A model generated the notes under the pieces. It did no database searches, was not told where the DNA came from, and was given only the letters and a program-made list of their open reading frames with translations. Made by a program: the position numbers and the translations under genes. A stretch of 64,000 bases of DNA from the NCBI GenBank assembly GCA_021796455.1, contig JAKACA010000002.1:916-64915 (forward strand), in the 5' to 3' direction. Of this stretch, positions 53,642 to 61,841 are shown piece by piece; position 1 is the first letter of the stretch; every line of letters begins with the position of its first letter. This DNA is from Actinomycetes bacterium (GTDB lineage: Bacteria > Actinomycetota > Acidimicrobiia > Acidimicrobiales > Bog-793).

Positions 53642-54442
53642 TCAGCTTCGGCGACCCACAAGCTCGGGGCTAGAGGGACAGGTCACCTGTGCGGCCACGG
53701 AGAAGGGATCTCCGACAAGTCCCGGGCTGATCGCGAGCGAGAATTCCAAGAGAGACACGGTGTCGGCTGCCTCGCCGGCCCTGGTGCCCGCCGCCTCGAA
53801 GAGCCCGTCGGGCAGTGCCCGGCCGGTCCCGACCACCGCCCAGACCCCGACCTGTTGCGCTCGCGCCGCTCTCACTGTCGCCGCCGCACTGGGCGAGAGC
53901 AGCGCGGCGGTGCTTCCCGCGGCCAGTACCTCTACGAGAGCCACGCAAGCCCCTTCAAGGGCCTCGTACGCCTGGTTCTCCGACCAGCCCGTCACCTCCG
54001 ATGAGCTCGTGTCTGCGAGAATGTTCAAGCAACGGCGCAGAGACCGGCCTGAGCTGACCGCGCGCAGCATGTAAGGCTTCGACGATTGCAAAGCGCCGAC
54101 CGCGATCTCTGCAGGCGTCGTGACCACGACTGTCTCACCTCCGGCAAACGACGCCCGGAGAGCCTTGCTGAGCCTCTGCGGAGTCTCGTCCGAGCAAAGC
54201 GCAGCTGCTGCCCGGCACCCCGCGTCGAACGGGTCCGCGGCGGTCACCAGACGAGCGCTCACCCACCACAGCGGACCGCAGCATGGTTGGCGATCCACCA
54301 GCCGCCGGCATGCTGTCAGCAGGGCCGTCGGGTCCTGTTGCGCAAGCTCTCCAAGGCATAGCGCTGCCTCGTGGGCCAAGGATGCCGCTGGCTCGTCCTC
54401 GGCTCCGGCAATCCAGCGAAGGCGTTCGATCGGGTGCATCAC
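53642..54442 (-). CDS. hypothetical protein (266 aa) overlapping the fumC stop; weak resemblance to the IF-2B-like Rossmann fold
   Basis: The GTG/ATG at 54442/54439 overlaps the fumC TGA (54439-54441). Third-position GC is coding-like throughout. GETVVVTT... and [47 protein letters not shown] recall the eIF-2B/MTR-1-P isomerase family layout. That is an impression only. Confidence 0.55.
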   Translation of the reverse strand: MMHPIERLRWIAGAEDEPAASLAHEAALCLGELAQQDPTALLTACRRLVDRQPCCGPLWWVSARLVTAADPFDAGCRAAAALCSDETPQRLSKALRASFAGGETVVVTTPAEIAVGALQSSKPYMLRAVSSGRSLRRCLNILADTSSSEVTGWSENQAYEALEGACVALVEVLAAGSTAALLSPSAAATVRAARAQQVGVWAVVGTGRALPDGLFEAAGTRAGEAADTVSLLEFSLAISPGLVGDPFSVAAQVTCPSSPELVGRRS

Positions 54443-55863
54443 CCTCCGACTACACCGCCGCGCGTCATTGCCAGGACATCGAGCGCCGAGTCGAGCTCCT
54501 CCTCGGCCATGAGGCCAAGCTCGATTACCACGCTACGAATGTCCTTGCCCTCGATGGTCGCCTTCTTGACGACCCTGGCGGCGTTCTCGTAGCCGATGTA
54601 GGGATTGAGGGAGGTCGCAATCGACGGCGAGGACAGCGCGAACGTCCGACACCGCTCCTCGTCAGCGACAATCCCGCCCACGCACTTGTCGCCCAGCGCT
54701 CTCGACACCGCTGCAAGCAGCGAGATCGATTCGAGCAGGTTCCTCGCGATGACAGGCATCATGACGTTCAGCTCGAAGTTGCCGGCTGCGCCCCCGAAAG
54801 CAACCGCGGCGTCGTTGCCGATGACCTGGGCAACCACTTGGCAAACCGCCTCGGGAACGACGGGGTTCACCTTGCCCGGCATGATCGAGGACCCCGGCTG
54901 CAGGTCCGGCAGGTGAATTTCCGCCAGGCCACAACGCGGTCCAGAGGCCATCCAACGAAGGTCGTTGGCGATCTTGTAGAGGGACACCGCCACGGTCCGG
55001 CACACCCCAGATGCCTCTACGAGGGAATCACGGGCTCCCTGCGCTTCGAAGTGATCGCGGGCTTCGCTTAGTGGCAGGCCAGTCAGCTCCGCGAGCCGCG
55101 CGATCACGAGCGCGGCAAACTCAGGTGAGGCGTTGAGGCCGGTCCCGACTGCAGTCCCGCCCAGAGGTAGCTCCGCGACACGAGGCAGCACGGCTTCGAG
55201 GCGCTCCACACCATAGGTGACTGCGGCGGCATAGCCGCCAAACTCCTGTCCAAGAGTGACCGGGGTGGCATCCATCAGGTGGGTGCGACCCGACTTCACG
55301 ACGCCGGCAAACTCGGTGGCCTTGCCCGAGAGAGTCGCGGCGAGGGCGCGAAGAGACGGGATCAGGTCGTTTGCGATCTCCCGCGACACCGCCAGATGGA
55401 TCGCGCTCGGGAAGGTGTCGTTGGATGACTGTGAAGCGTTCGGCTCGCCATTGGGCCGAAGCTCTCGTCCGAGGCGAGCGCCGGCGAGATGGGCCAGCAC
55501 CTCGTTCATATTCATGTTCGTCGAGGTGCCGGAGCCCGTCTGAAAGACATCTACGGGGAACTGGTCTTCGTGAGCTCCTGCGGCCACCTCTGAAGCCGCC
55601 GACTGGAGGGCGGCTGCAACATCGGGCTCGATCACTCCGAGCTCGGCGTTGACCGCCGCGGCAGCACCCTTTACGAGCGCGAGGGCCGCCAGGAGAGCGG
55701 GATCGACGCGCTTGCCCGAGATCGGGAAGTTCTCCACCGCACGCTGGGTCTGAGCGCCCCACCTCGCCTCGCGCGGCACCCGCACCTCGCCCATCGAATC
55801 GTGTTCGACCCGAAAGTCCCCGGGTCCATCGCCCTGCTGCTCTGCGGTCCCTGCTGCAGTCAT
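54439..55863 (-). CDS. fumC: class II fumarate hydratase
   Basis: [11 protein letters not shown] signature, [24 protein letters not shown]. Confidence 0.95.
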   Translation of the reverse strand: MTAAGTAEQQGDGPGDFRVEHDSMGEVRVPREARWGAQTQRAVENFPISGKRVDPALLAALALVKGAAAAVNAELGVIEPDVAAALQSAASEVAAGAHEDQFPVDVFQTGSGTSTNMNMNEVLAHLAGARLGRELRPNGEPNASQSSNDTFPSAIHLAVSREIANDLIPSLRALAATLSGKATEFAGVVKSGRTHLMDATPVTLGQEFGGYAAAVTYGVERLEAVLPRVAELPLGGTAVGTGLNASPEFAALVIARLAELTGLPLSEARDHFEAQGARDSLVEASGVCRTVAVSLYKIANDLRWMASGPRCGLAEIHLPDLQPGSSIMPGKVNPVVPEAVCQVVAQVIGNDAAVAFGGAAGNFELNVMMPVIARNLLESISLLAAVSRALGDKCVGGIVADEERCRTFALSSPSIATSLNPYIGYENAARVVKKATIEGKDIRSVVIELGLMAEEELDSALDVLAMTRGGVVGG

Positions 55864-56028
55864 GCCCTCAAGGTACCGGAGCCTGCCGGGCGGGCGTGCT
55901 CGCCTCGCACCGAGGCGGCAGCTTGGGGATTCTCGCGCGCCTCGCCGTTACGGCTCGATGACACCTTTCGCCGAAGGGGGCAAGGAGCTTGCGCTGCCCT
56001 GGCCCAGGGGGTTAGGTTGCCGCTCATT

Positions 56029-57279
56029 GTGAGACCTGTCGAGGAGGGCCTCGCGGCCGCGCGTCAAAGCGGACTGAGACGGCCACTCACCAGGCCGGGG
56101 CAGCGGTCGCACCGACTGGCTTTCATCGTTCTTTCGGCAGTGGCGCTCTTGTGCGCCGCCGTCGTGCCGGCGATCGCTCCGGCGCCCGCTAGTGCCGGGA
56201 CAATCCAGACGCTGCGGTCGAGGGCCTCGGCTCTGGCCAGCAGCATAGATGCCGCCTACGCGCGCCTGGGCGTTCTCGACGAGGCCTACAACCAGGCGAA
56301 CACGAACGTCTCCGAGATGAAGAGGGCGATAGCCACGCAGGACATCGCCATCACCGAGAACAGGCGCCAGCTCGCAGCAGACGGCGCTCACCTCCGGGCC
56401 ATCGCGCTCGACGCGTACGTGAACGGTGCATCCGGGGGTTTCTCTGCCTTTTTCACAGGATCCCAGCAGGCGCAACCGATGCAGCAGGCGTACCTGTCGG
56501 CTGCTTCTGGCAACATCAACGAAGCCGTTGCGAATGTCGAGGGCGATCGCCACCTGCTCGCCGTCCACCGCCAGCAGCTTCGGGTCGCCGATGCAGCCGA
56601 GATCGCGGCCCGCCTCCGGATCACCGGTGATATTCGGCAAGCTGAAGCGGTGACAGCGTCCCTCGAGGGCACCCTGTCCCAGGTAAGGGGACAGCTCGCG
56701 CAGGCTGTTGCCGCACAAGAACGGGCCCGGGCTGCCGCAGCTGCGGCAGCTGCGGCAGCTGCGGCAGCGATCGCCGCCCAGCCTCCAGCACCTCTCCCAC
56801 CTCCCTCGACGCCGCCTGCCTCGACACCGCCGGCTGCGTCAACGCCGCCGACTTCAACTGCGCCAGCTTCCACCGTCACGGGCCAAGCCAGCACTTCCGG
56901 GACCGCTGGCGGCGGAGCCGGCGCGATCGCCGTGAGGGCGGCCGAATCACAGATCGGAGTCCCCTACGTGTGGGGCGGAGCGACTCCCGGCGTCGGCTTC
57001 GACTGCTCCGGCCTGGCGATGTGGGCCTGGGCGCAAGCCGGCGTTCAGCTTGCCCACGGAGCGACCGAGCAGTACTACGAGATCGCTCATGTGTCGATGT
57101 CCGACCTGCAGCCGGGAGACCTCATCTTCTACGGGAATGCCAGCTATTTGTACCACGTAGTCATCTACGTCGGCTCGGGACCCTATGGATCCGACACCGT
57201 GGTTCAAGCCGAGGAGACGGGGACGAACGTCATGTACTCCCCCATACCTCCGGGCGCCTACGGCGCGGGGCAGCCGTAG
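56029..57279 (+). CDS. secreted NlpC/P60 peptidoglycan endopeptidase with an N-terminal coiled-coil (RipA/PcsB-like architecture)
   Basis: A signal/TM segment (LAFIVLSAVALLCAAVVPAIAPAPASA), a coiled-coil region, a poly-Ala/Pro-Thr-Ser linker, then VPYVWGGATPGVGFDCSGLAMWAW...GDLIFYG...HVVIYVG (NlpC/P60 Cys-His). The start at GTG 56029 is inferred. Confidence 0.85.
   Translation: MRPVEEGLAAARQSGLRRPLTRPGQRSHRLAFIVLSAVALLCAAVVPAIAPAPASAGTIQTLRSRASALASSIDAAYARLGVLDEAYNQANTNVSEMKRAIATQDIAITENRRQLAADGAHLRAIALDAYVNGASGGFSAFFTGSQQAQPMQQAYLSAASGNINEAVANVEGDRHLLAVHRQQLRVADAAEIAARLRITGDIRQAEAVTASLEGTLSQVRGQLAQAVAAQERARAAAAAAAAAAAAAIAAQPPAPLPPPSTPPASTPPAASTPPTSTAPASTVTGQASTSGTAGGGAGAIAVRAAESQIGVPYVWGGATPGVGFDCSGLAMWAWAQAGVQLAHGATEQYYEIAHVSMSDLQPGDLIFYGNASYLYHVVIYVGSGPYGSDTVVQAEETGTNVMYSPIPPGAYGAGQP
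56731..56766 (+). repeat. 9-bp tandem repeat (GCTGCSGCA x4) encoding a poly-Ala tract
   Basis: gctgccgca gctgcggca gctgcggca gctgcggca, inside the NlpC/P60 gene linker (RARAAAAAAAAAAAAIAAQ). Confidence 0.9.
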
Positions 57280-57332
57280 CGAGACGGAGGCCCCTCTGCG
57301 CCACGTGGCTGACCACCGTAGTGTTCGAGACC

Positions 57333-59405
57333 ATGCGGGACGGTGATCTTATCTTCGAGCCAACGCCCGAGCGGATGGGGCGCTCGCAGATGAGCCAGTT
57401 CATGGCGTGGCTGCGCGCCAACGACATCGTCGACGCGAGATCCTACGACGAGCTCCACCGCTGGTCAGTGCGCGATCTCCCCGCCTTCTGGTCAGCGATA
57501 GCGCGATGGGACGGCGTAATCTGGCACAAGCGACCTGAAGAAGCCCTGCTGATCGGCGAAGGAGCCGAAGGCGCTTCCTTCTTCCCCGGCGCTGAGCTCA
57601 ACTATGTCGACCATGTGATCCGCCACGGCCGCCTTGCACCTGCGCTCATCGCCCTCGACGAGACCGGCAATCGCAGGACTCTCACTTACGGCGAGCTGGC
57701 AAGCCTTGCTGGGGCGATCGCCGCCGGGCTTCGCAGTCTCGGTGTCAGCAAAGGTGATCGGGTGGCGGCCGTCCTTCCGAACAGCATCGAGGCCGTGGCC
57801 GCATTCCTCGCGACGGCGAGCCTGGGGGCAATCTGGTCGAGCTGCGCGCCCGAGTTCGGTGCCCCGAGCATGACGGACCGCTTCCGGCAGATCGGTCCGA
57901 CTGTCCTGATCGCCGCCGACGGCTACTCCTACGGCGGCAAGCAGTACCTCCTCCACGAGAAGACCGTCGAGCTCGTCGCAGGCCTGCCGGACCTCGCCGC
58001 TGTGATCGAAGTTCCACAAGTCGCCGGCTCCACGTCGAGCGACCTCTCCGGCGGGACCTGTCGCCATCGAGGATCGCGCCAGCAGAACCCAACGCTCTTA
58101 TCCTGGGCTGAGCTCGCAGCCCAGCGCGAGCAGCTGAACCCTCTTCCCGTCGCTTTCGACCACCCGTTGTGGATCCTCTACTCCTCAGGTACGACTGGCC
58201 TGCCCAAGGCGATAGTTCACAGCCACGGAGGCATCCTCCTCGAGCACCTCAAGTCTGCCAGGCTTCACAGCGACTTCGGCCCGACAGAGCGCGTCTTCTG
58301 GTACAGCACCACGGGCTGGATGATGTGGAACTTCCTCGTAGGCGGCCTGCTCACGGGATCTGCTGTCGTGTGCTACGACGGCAGCGCTGTCTATCCAGAC
58401 CAGATGGCGCTCTGGCGTATGGCGGCGAGAGAGGCCGTCACCTATTTCGGCACGAGCGCACCTTTCATCGAGGCCTGCCGAAAAGCTCAGCTCTCACCTC
58501 GGAGGGAGCTCGATCTGTCTGCCCTGCACACGATAGGCTCTACGGGAGCGCCCCTGCCCGCCGAAGGCTTCGCCTGGGCGTGCGAAGAGATCGGCGACGA
58601 CGTCCTCGTCGCTTCGGTGTCGGGCGGCACCGACGTCTGCACTGCCTTCCTGCACTCGTCCCCACTGCTACCTGTGTACGCCGGCGAGATTCAGTGCGCC
58701 GCTCTTGGGTGCGACGCGCAGGCATTCGGCCCCGATGGGAGGCCGGTCATCGGCGAAGTCGGCGAGCTCGTCATCACGACGCCGATGCCTTCGATGCCTG
58801 TGAGCCTGTGGGGCGATGACGACGGAAGCAGGCTACACGCCACCTACTTTTCCGACTATAGGGGGGTATGGCGCCACGGTGACTGGGTCAGGCGAACCGA
58901 GCGCGACACCTTTGTCGTATATGGACGCTCCGACGCGACGTTGAACAGAGGCGGCGTGCGCATGGGCACTTCGGAGTTCTACCGCATAGTCGAGGCTTTG
59001 GGCGAAGTGAGCGACAGCCTTGTGGTCGACACGACAGGGCTCGGCCGAGAGGGCGAGCTCGTGCTGTTCGTGGTGCCGCGAGCCGGCGCCGAAGTCAATG
59101 CCCTGAAGGAGAGCGTCCGGACGACCTTGCGCGAACGACTCTCACCTCGCCATGTGCCAGACCACGTGCTCATCGCCAGCGACCTCCCGAGAACTCTCAA
59201 CGGCAAGCGAGTCGAGGTGCCGATCCGGCGGATACTCCTCGGCACGTCCCCCACGGACGCGCTCTCGCGCGACTCCCTCGCGAATCCTGCCGCGCTCGAC
59301 GAGGTTCTCCGTGAGCTCGAAGCTGCCGGCCTCCTCTCCTCGCTCACGCCTGCGGCGGGCAGAGCCGGCACCGAGGTGTCATCTGTCGGCTCCGAAGACA
59401 GCTAG
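57333..59405 (+). CDS. acetoacetate-CoA ligase (acetoacetyl-CoA synthetase)
   Basis: SQMSQFMAWL...SYDELHRWSVRDLPAFW is a typical AACS N-terminus. ILYSSGTTGLPKAIVH is the AMP-binding motif. GDW..R...G.....GRSDATLNRGGVRMGTSE is also present. The start is at ATG 57333; the ORF opens at 56970. Confidence 0.9.
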   Translation: MRDGDLIFEPTPERMGRSQMSQFMAWLRANDIVDARSYDELHRWSVRDLPAFWSAIARWDGVIWHKRPEEALLIGEGAEGASFFPGAELNYVDHVIRHGRLAPALIALDETGNRRTLTYGELASLAGAIAAGLRSLGVSKGDRVAAVLPNSIEAVAAFLATASLGAIWSSCAPEFGAPSMTDRFRQIGPTVLIAADGYSYGGKQYLLHEKTVELVAGLPDLAAVIEVPQVAGSTSSDLSGGTCRHRGSRQQNPTLLSWAELAAQREQLNPLPVAFDHPLWILYSSGTTGLPKAIVHSHGGILLEHLKSARLHSDFGPTERVFWYSTTGWMMWNFLVGGLLTGSAVVCYDGSAVYPDQMALWRMAAREAVTYFGTSAPFIEACRKAQLSPRRELDLSALHTIGSTGAPLPAEGFAWACEEIGDDVLVASVSGGTDVCTAFLHSSPLLPVYAGEIQCAALGCDAQAFGPDGRPVIGEVGELVITTPMPSMPVSLWGDDDGSRLHATYFSDYRGVWRHGDWVRRTERDTFVVYGRSDATLNRGGVRMGTSEFYRIVEALGEVSDSLVVDTTGLGREGELVLFVVPRAGAEVNALKESVRTTLRERLSPRHVPDHVLIASDLPRTLNGKRVEVPIRRILLGTSPTDALSRDSLANPAALDEVLRELEAAGLLSSLTPAAGRAGTEVSSVGSEDS

Positions 59406-59498
59406 GTGTGTCCGGGCAATTGTGGCACCGAGGCGGCGATGTCTCACGAACTGTCCCTCCCACTGACGTCTGAGTGGCTGCTCCCGGTACGATGTCCT

Positions 59499-59518
59499 CT
59501 GCCGGCTGACTGCCGGCT
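59499..59518. repeat. direct repeat CTGCCGGCT-GA-CTGCCGGCT upstream of the TetR gene (possible operator)
   Basis: Read directly at 59499-59518, 13 nt before GTG 59531. Each unit contains the self-complementary GCCGGC. Confidence 0.25.
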
Positions 59519-59530
59519 CCTCATCAGGGG

Positions 59531-60184
59531 GTGATACCCACGCCAGCAACCCACATGGCCGAACGCAACGAGGGTGCGCTCGAAGAGCACGCAGACGGCC
59601 GCAGACTTCGCGCCGAGCACAACCGCGACGCCGTCGTGCAAGCCGTCCTCTCGATCGTCGAAGAACAGCAGGGGGGACCCTTCCCGGGCGCTGCACAGGT
59701 GGCCGCGCGCGCCGGAGTATCGGAGCGCACCGTCTTTCGGCACTTCGCTGACCTGGACTCGCTCTTTCTCGCCGCTGCTGCTCACCTCAGTCCCGTGCTG
59801 GCGACCTACCTGGCTCCGACCCCCGACGCACCAGAGCTGGAGCAGCGGGTGGCGGCCATCGTGAGACTGCGCGCCAGGCTCTACGAGCAGATTGCTCCGG
59901 TCCGCCGCGTCGCCGCCCTGCTGGCCGTCAGCCATCCGGTGATGACTGAGACGCTCTCCGAGGCGTTCCGCTCCTCCCACGAGCAGATCAGGACTGTGTT
60001 TAGTCCTGAGCTGCGTCGCTCCGGGCGCGCCAAGGCCACACTCTTGGACGAGCTCGACCTGGTGCTCAGCTGGCCATCGTGGGAGGGCCTGCGCTCCCGC
60101 CAGGGGTGCTCGGTCGATCGATCGCGCAAGATCATCTCGGCGCTCCTGACCGCAGTGCTATCGCCCTATGAGGTCTCTCCATAG
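59531..60184 (+). CDS. TetR/AcrR family transcriptional regulator
   Basis: HTH region [26 protein letters not shown]. The start is GTG 59531 or ATG 59555. Confidence 0.85.
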   Translation: MIPTPATHMAERNEGALEEHADGRRLRAEHNRDAVVQAVLSIVEEQQGGPFPGAAQVAARAGVSERTVFRHFADLDSLFLAAAAHLSPVLATYLAPTPDAPELEQRVAAIVRLRARLYEQIAPVRRVAALLAVSHPVMTETLSEAFRSSHEQIRTVFSPELRRSGRAKATLLDELDLVLSWPSWEGLRSRQGCSVDRSRKIISALLTAVLSPYEVSP

Positions 60185-60251
60185 GGGCCGCAAACAAGAT
60201 TTCCAGTTACGGCCTGTCACACGGCCTGTCACACGAAAGGAAGCTAGCGCG

Positions 60252-61217
60252 ATGAAGATGGAGTACCGGCGCCTTGGGACCTCGGGTCTCAAGCTGAGCG
60301 TGCTGTCGTTCGGCTCGTGGGTGACATTCGGATCCCAGCTCGACGACGATCTCGCCATGGAATCCATGACGGCGGCACGCGACGCCGGAGTCAATTTCTT
60401 CGACAACGCCGAATCCTACGGCGGGGGTGACTCGGAGCGGATCATGGGGAGGGTGCTCGCAAACCTCGGTTGGGCCCGGAGCTCCTATGTGGTGTCGACC
60501 AAAGTCTTCTGGGGGCTCTCCGAGCAGGTCAACATGAGCAACACCTTGAACAGGAAGTACCTGCTGCAGGCTGTGGACGGATGCTTGGACCGTTTTGGCC
60601 TCGACTTCGTAGACTTGCTGTTCTGTCACCGCTCTGACCCAGAGACGCCCGTCGAAGAGACAGTCTGGGCGATGCATGACATAGTCTCCGCGGGTAAGGC
60701 ACTCTACTGGGGCACCTCGGAGTGGCCAGGTGAAGCTCTGATCGAGGCCTACGAGATCTGCGACCGGCACCATCTGCGCCGCCCCACGATGGAACAGCCC
60801 CAGTACAACCTGTTCAACCGTGCGCGAGTAGAGCAGGAGTACCGACCGATCATCGAACGACACGGCCTTGGGCTGACGACCTGGAGCCCCCTCGCATCCG
60901 GTCAGCTGAGCGGCAAGTACCTCGACGGCATCCCCGAGGGTAGTCGGGGAGCCCTCGAAGGATACGAATGGCTCAGATCCTCACTGACCGATCGTGGACG
61001 CAATGGAAAGCTGCGAGAGCTCAAATCGATTGCGGCCGAGCTCGATTGCACGATGGCCCAGCTCGCAATCGCCTGGTGCGCACGCAACCCGCTCGTGTCA
61101 ACCGTCATCACCGGCGCGTCTCGGCCCAGCCAGGTCGTCGAGAACATGGAGTCGCTGGGTGTCCTCTCCCGACTCGACGACGAGATTATCGTCAGAATCG
61201 AAGCCGCCAGCAGCTAA
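60252..61217 (+). CDS. aldo/keto reductase (Kv-beta-like subfamily)
   Basis: [63 protein letters not shown]. The start is at ATG 60252. Confidence 0.9.
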   Translation: MKMEYRRLGTSGLKLSVLSFGSWVTFGSQLDDDLAMESMTAARDAGVNFFDNAESYGGGDSERIMGRVLANLGWARSSYVVSTKVFWGLSEQVNMSNTLNRKYLLQAVDGCLDRFGLDFVDLLFCHRSDPETPVEETVWAMHDIVSAGKALYWGTSEWPGEALIEAYEICDRHHLRRPTMEQPQYNLFNRARVEQEYRPIIERHGLGLTTWSPLASGQLSGKYLDGIPEGSRGALEGYEWLRSSLTDRGRNGKLRELKSIAAELDCTMAQLAIAWCARNPLVSTVITGASRPSQVVENMESLGVLSRLDDEIIVRIEAASS

Positions 61218-61239
61218 CACAAAAGGGGGAGGCCAGCAG

Positions 61240-61680
61240 ATGCCCGGTAGGACCGCTCAAGTGCTGAAGGAATTCAAGGCATTCATACTGCAAGGCGACG
61301 TCGTGATGCTTGCCGTTGCGGTGGTGATCGGACTGGCTTTCGAGGCCGTTGTGAAGGCGGTAGTCGCCGACATCCTGACACCGGTAATCGGGATCTTCGG
61401 CAGGGCCAATTTCGAGGCGCTCTCGTTCACGATCCGCGGGAGCACTTTTCTCTACGGCGACGTCCTCAACAGCATCATCTCTTTCCTGGCGGTTGGCGCC
61501 GCCGTCTTCTTCCTAGTCGTCAAGCCGTACAACATCATCTCCCTGCGGGCGAGCAACAAGGTGGCCCCTCCCTCCCAGGACTGTCCTTTCTGCCTCACAG
61601 CGATCCCTGTCGCGGCCACGCGTTGCCCGGCCTGCACGAGCGCCCTGCCACCGCTCGCCGGAGACGGAGCTGCCTCGTGA
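61240..61680 (+). CDS. mscL: large-conductance mechanosensitive channel MscL with a C-terminal CxxC-x10-CxxC extension
   Basis: LKEFKAFILQGDVVMLAVAVVIGLAFEAVVKAVVADILTPVIG...FLVVKPYN is the MscL core. The tail is SQDCPFCLTAIPVAATRCPAC. The start at ATG 61240 sits behind AAAAGGGGGAGG. Confidence 0.9.
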   Translation: MPGRTAQVLKEFKAFILQGDVVMLAVAVVIGLAFEAVVKAVVADILTPVIGIFGRANFEALSFTIRGSTFLYGDVLNSIISFLAVGAAVFFLVVKPYNIISLRASNKVAPPSQDCPFCLTAIPVAATRCPACTSALPPLAGDGAAS

Positions 61681-61690
61681 CTCCTTAGGA

Positions 61691-61729
61691 CCCGAGCGTC
61701 GCCCCCCGGCGCCAGATGGACGCCTCGGG
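61691..61729 (+). terminator. GC-rich hairpin 11 nt after the mscL stop (candidate intrinsic terminator, no U-tract)
   Basis: CCCGAGCGTC (61691-61700) pairs with GACGC-CTCGGG (61719-61729), a 10-bp stem with one bulged C and an 18-nt loop. Confidence 0.3.
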
Positions 61730-61841
61730 TCGGTCCCCTGGAACCGAACTCTCCGTCCCCTCCGCACAGGCTTTCCATGGTATGGGTGGGCCAGGTGAGA
61801 TCCGTAAGCTCATGGGTCAAGGGCCGAACGTCGAGGTATCT

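Noticed and set aside
55864-56028. A c-di-AMP (ydaO-type) riboswitch upstream of the NlpC/P60 hydrolase. Such hydrolase genes often carry one in Actinobacteria.
   Set aside because: The leader contains CCGAAGGGGGCAAGG and GGGGTTAGG, but not the conserved ACGGGGU...CCGAAUCC...CAGCUAACCUCGUAAGC-type blocks as I remember them. A covariance-model scan would be needed to be certain.
61681-61841. Possible tRNA-Sec (selC) in the gap between mscL and selB.
   Set aside because: I read both strands. There is no UCA anticodon loop in a suitable stem, no GGTTCRANTCC T-arm and no 8-bp acceptor pairing. Only a GC-rich hairpin (61691-61729) is present, which looks like the mscL terminator.
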